Assembly (NCBI GenBank): GCA_965205025.1
Contig: CBDBFU010000025.1
Coordinates: forward strand, 25,574-89,573
Length of the DNA stretch: 64,000 nt
From: Candidatus Poribacteria bacterium
Lineage (GTDB): Bacteria > Poribacteria > WGA-4E > WGA-3G
Direction: 5' to 3'
Positions 60,670 through 64,000 of the stretch are shown here, in pieces (position 1 is the first letter of the stretch; every line of letters starts with the position of its first letter). The notes below the pieces were generated by a model. That model saw only the letters and a list, made by a program, of their open reading frames with translations. It had not been told where the DNA came from and did not search any database. The position numbers and the translations under genes are program-made.

Positions 60670-62007
60670 CTACTGTAACACTCCCATAGCATCTTGTAAT
60701 CGTGCATGTGCAATTTTATAATCATAAAATGCATTCACCTGGTTTGTTAGTGCTTGAGCATAACTTGTTTGTGCATCAAGTACTTCAAGGAGAATCGCTT
60801 TCCCCACTTTATAACGCCCCTCAATAACATCTAAACTAAGTTGTGCATTAATAACCTGGGTATTTGATATTTCAACTGCAGTCTCACTTCGTTTAAGATT
60901 AAGATAACTTTGTCGTACACCGAGAGCAACAGACCGTTCCAAATCAGATGCATTTTCTCTGGTCTGTTCTAATTGCATATTACGTTCTTTTACTTGATTA
61001 CCTAAAATACCTGCGTCAAATAAGGTGAAATTTAGTGAGGCACCAATTGACCAACTACGAAAATCAGAAAATGTGTCTCGTTCCCGAAGGTAATCATCAA
61101 GATTTACATTATAGTTGGCATTAGCACTTAATCGTGGCCAACGTTGTAGTTTTGAGAGTATTAAACTCCATTCTTGTTGCTTGAGTTGCGCTTCTGTCTC
61201 TTTAAATTCAGGTCTGTTCTCAAGGGGCGATTTGGATAGCTTCTTCAACAGTAATATCAATCTTTTCAATTGTACCACGTTCCAAGTATAATTGGTATGA
61301 TTCATCAACTGTCACAGTTATTAATACGCCAGGGTCTAATCCCATTAACCTTGGAAGTGTAGCCTTTGATATCTGCAATGAATTCTCATTATTTAGTAAT
61401 CCCAATTCAGAATTTGCTTCACGGACTCTCGCCGTGGCTACATCAGCTTTTATAAGAACACCTGCCTAGTCGGAGTGCTTCTGTTTGGGCAGTATTTTCC
61501 TCTCGAACGCGCTAATACTTCCTGACTTACCTTGACAAGTTCTGAGTCCTTTAAGACATTATAATATCCTTGAGTAATTTGAAGGATAAGATTCTGTTTG
61601 ATTCCTTCATTCCTGTTTATGGTTGCAGTTAACCCTTCTTTTGCCTGTGCACGATTTACTTCACGTTGTCCATTATCCCAGAGTGTATACCGACCAGTTA
61701 ATCCCAAATCATAGTTTTCTGGTTCAAAACCAAAATCGATCCGGTCATTGAAATCGTATCGACCTGAAGAGGTTACAGTTGGGAAATATCCTGCACGAGA
61801 ATTTTTCACTCTTAGTTCTTGAATAGCTAAACTTAATCGTGCATTTCGAATACTTGTTGCATTTTCCAAACCCATTTGGACACACTGTTCCAGTGTCAAA
61901 GGTTGGGATAAATCAACCTCTTGTGATTCTTGGGAAAAGATAAAAGAAGTAAATGTAAGTTGAAGGATTGTTAGAATCAGCAAAAACCTAAAATAACATC
62001 GAACCAT
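60670..62007 (-). CDS. TolC family outer membrane protein; frameshifted
   Basis: Fragments 61450-62013 (LTLEQCV, YFPTV), 61220-61405 and 60670-61308 (WPRLS, LEVLDAQ, LQDAMG). Confidence 0.8.
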
Positions 62008-62242
62008 TAGCATCTCCTTAAAACTATCTACTTTAATGCAGGTGTTTCTTATGAAAATATGTATATCTATTTGACAAGCGTTATGGGTGAAATGTTCTTT
62101 CTATAGAAATGGATAAAATTGGATTAATTATCTCGCAAATTTTGACGTATCGGTAGTATAAAAGTTTAGGTTATCTGGAAACGCAATAGTACTCAACACT
62201 ATACATAAATTATTGAAATTGCATATTTATTGTTTTGTATAT

Positions 62243-63159
62243 CTATAGTCGCCACCAAGGCTTTCTATCCTGATAAGATTCCAAAATGGTTGAGATTGTC
62301 TTATCTTTTTTATCTATCTGCAACAATGATTCACAGGCATTAATCACCTGTTGTTTATCAGTTTCATCTTTACTCACTTGATATCTGTTATGATAACTAT
62401 GTACTACAGCACTAAGATATTCAAGTTTATCTATTTCATCTGGTATAGTATCAGATAATTCCAGAATAAGTGAAATTGAGTGTTCCCATTCATTGAGATG
62501 AGAATAACAGATTACTTTGTTATACTTAGGTTCATCGTGAGAATTATCTAACCGATACGCTTGCTCAAACAACTTAATCCTTCCGAGTATGCAGAATTCT
62601 CTAAATGTAATTTACCAAGAGTAGTATAAAACTTGTATAAACCTTGGATGGATATACTATATAAATCTGCTCCACTATTCTCAAGCCAATTTCTTTCAAT
62701 TAAAAATTCAATAGCAGAATTTCGTTCTTCTTGTGTAATGCTTATGTCAGTGAGAAGGTGTTTTGCTACAGCTGCATTTGGATAGATTTTTGTTCTACTC
62801 TTTAATAATGGATATGCTTGGACAGATTTGTCCATTGATATTAATTTTATCCCGGTGGCAATTCGAAACAATGAGACAATCTGATCGCTATTTTGCCTGG
62901 ACATCTGATCAGCAACGAGTTCTCTGTTCTCAGAAAAATATTCATTTAAAGAATCAATCGCCCTACGTATTTCAGAATTATTACTATTTAATGAGTGTGC
63001 CTGAGATAGAAATCGTTGTGCAGCAAATAATTCATTCCATTCCCTATAGATAGCACCCAGACGATAGTTTACAAAAGCAAGTAATTCTGTTCCCGCGTCC
63101 GTCTTAAGTATTTCATCATACAATTGAATCGCCTCAGGAAATCTTTCCTCCGATTCCAT
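62243..63159 (-). CDS. Tetratricopeptide repeat protein; one frameshift
   Basis: Helical TPR-like patterns (EAIQLYDEIL, YRLGAIY, AYRLD..YNKVICY) across two overlapping ORFs. Confidence 0.65.
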
Positions 63160-63440
63160 TGTTTTTGCTTCCTAATGTTAAATCTGACATGATGGTTTAA
63201 ACTGCCACACGATAGAAGTCGTAAGTGTTTAGTATTATAATCAGGCGAAAAGCATCGAAATATTTAAAATATATCCAAAAATCCTATGTATTAGTATGCT
63301 TAGTTCTCACTATGTATTGTATATTGAATCAACAGGATATTCCGTCAATTTGAAGAACTGGTTCCATCCTGTAATAACTTTAGACACATTACCTCAAGAG
63401 GCTAATTTCTTTGTAACATTCGTATTAAGAAGTTCTTTTG

Positions 63441-64000
63441 TTATAAAACAGTCTTAATAGAATGCTGAAGTCGAATTCTCGAATATCTTGGTACGATGTT
63501 CTTTAGTTGTTCAATAGCTGTCGTATGGGTTAGAAGTTCGATAGGTGCATCCTGATGTATGAATAACAGATCTCTATACCACGAAATTAAATTATCTAAG
63601 CTTTCAAGATTCTCTTCAAATTCTTCTGCCAATCGAAACGCTGCTAATATATCTGTTTCAATAAGAATTTCTGGCACTGTCTCATTACTTGTTGAATCTT
63701 CTTCTATGAGTGATAATTGCATTTCCCACAACACCACCTGACAATATTGCTGCAGAAGAAGCAGTCTCTTCTTCAATAGAAAACCTATCCATTAAGGATA
63801 CTGTTAATTCTTGTTGCGGCATCGGATAAAATGGAAGAACCTGGCATCGAGATCGAATCGTAGGGAGTATGGATTCAATATTCTCAGTTAATAACACAAT
63901 AGTTGAGACTGACGGTGGCTCTTCGAGGGTTTTAAGAAGTGAATTTGCTGCCTCTTTGTTCATACGTTCAGTATTTACAAAGATATAAACTTTTCGGTCT
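63441..64000 (-). CDS. holB: DNA polymerase III delta' subunit, partial and frameshifted
   Basis: MNKEAANSLLKTLEEPP and ILPTIRSRCQ; later LISWYRDLL. Confidence 0.85.

Noticed and set aside
1-64000. tRNA, rRNA, integrase or transposase genes
   Set aside because: None recognised by eye, including no selC; a tRNAscan or Rfam search would be needed to exclude small RNAs.

Overview
Low-GC bacterial chromosomal window. The gene families (secreted WD40 propellers starting LPxGAIARLGKG, LamG proteins with a C-terminal KLxxxWGxxK-type tail, a sulfatase-family enzyme) suggest Candidatus Poribacteria or a relative; this is inference from family resemblance. From left to right: four secreted Ig-like/C-type-lectin paralogs; HigA-like, sulfatase-like and Dabb genes; a tandem array of eight secreted WD40 proteins with signs of junction shuffling; a minus-strand redox cluster; LamG genes; a PPi-type phosphofructokinase and a TPP enzyme between REP/MITE-like elements; a 1.85 kb repeat-rich non-coding gap; a LamG/class II terpene cyclase/GT2 operon; a type II secretion cluster with two secretins and a GspK carrying ComEA-like repeats; a sigma-70 factor; nfuA; a TolC/MFP/ABC-ATPase/beta-RFAP synthase operon; a TPR gene; and partial holB. 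The strongest hidden signal is in the redox cluster. Two lipoprotein genes split by the ORF caller each have an in-frame TGA at the first position of a thioredoxin-fold UxxC motif, followed by a shared, covarying SECIS-like hairpin, so they are probably selenoproteins. They are followed by overlapping genes for a Tat-signal DUF362 protein and a small lipoprotein ending in CTGGAC. Together these may form an undescribed extracytoplasmic selenium-dependent redox relay. Many single-base frameshifts (including in holB) look like sequencing or assembly indels.
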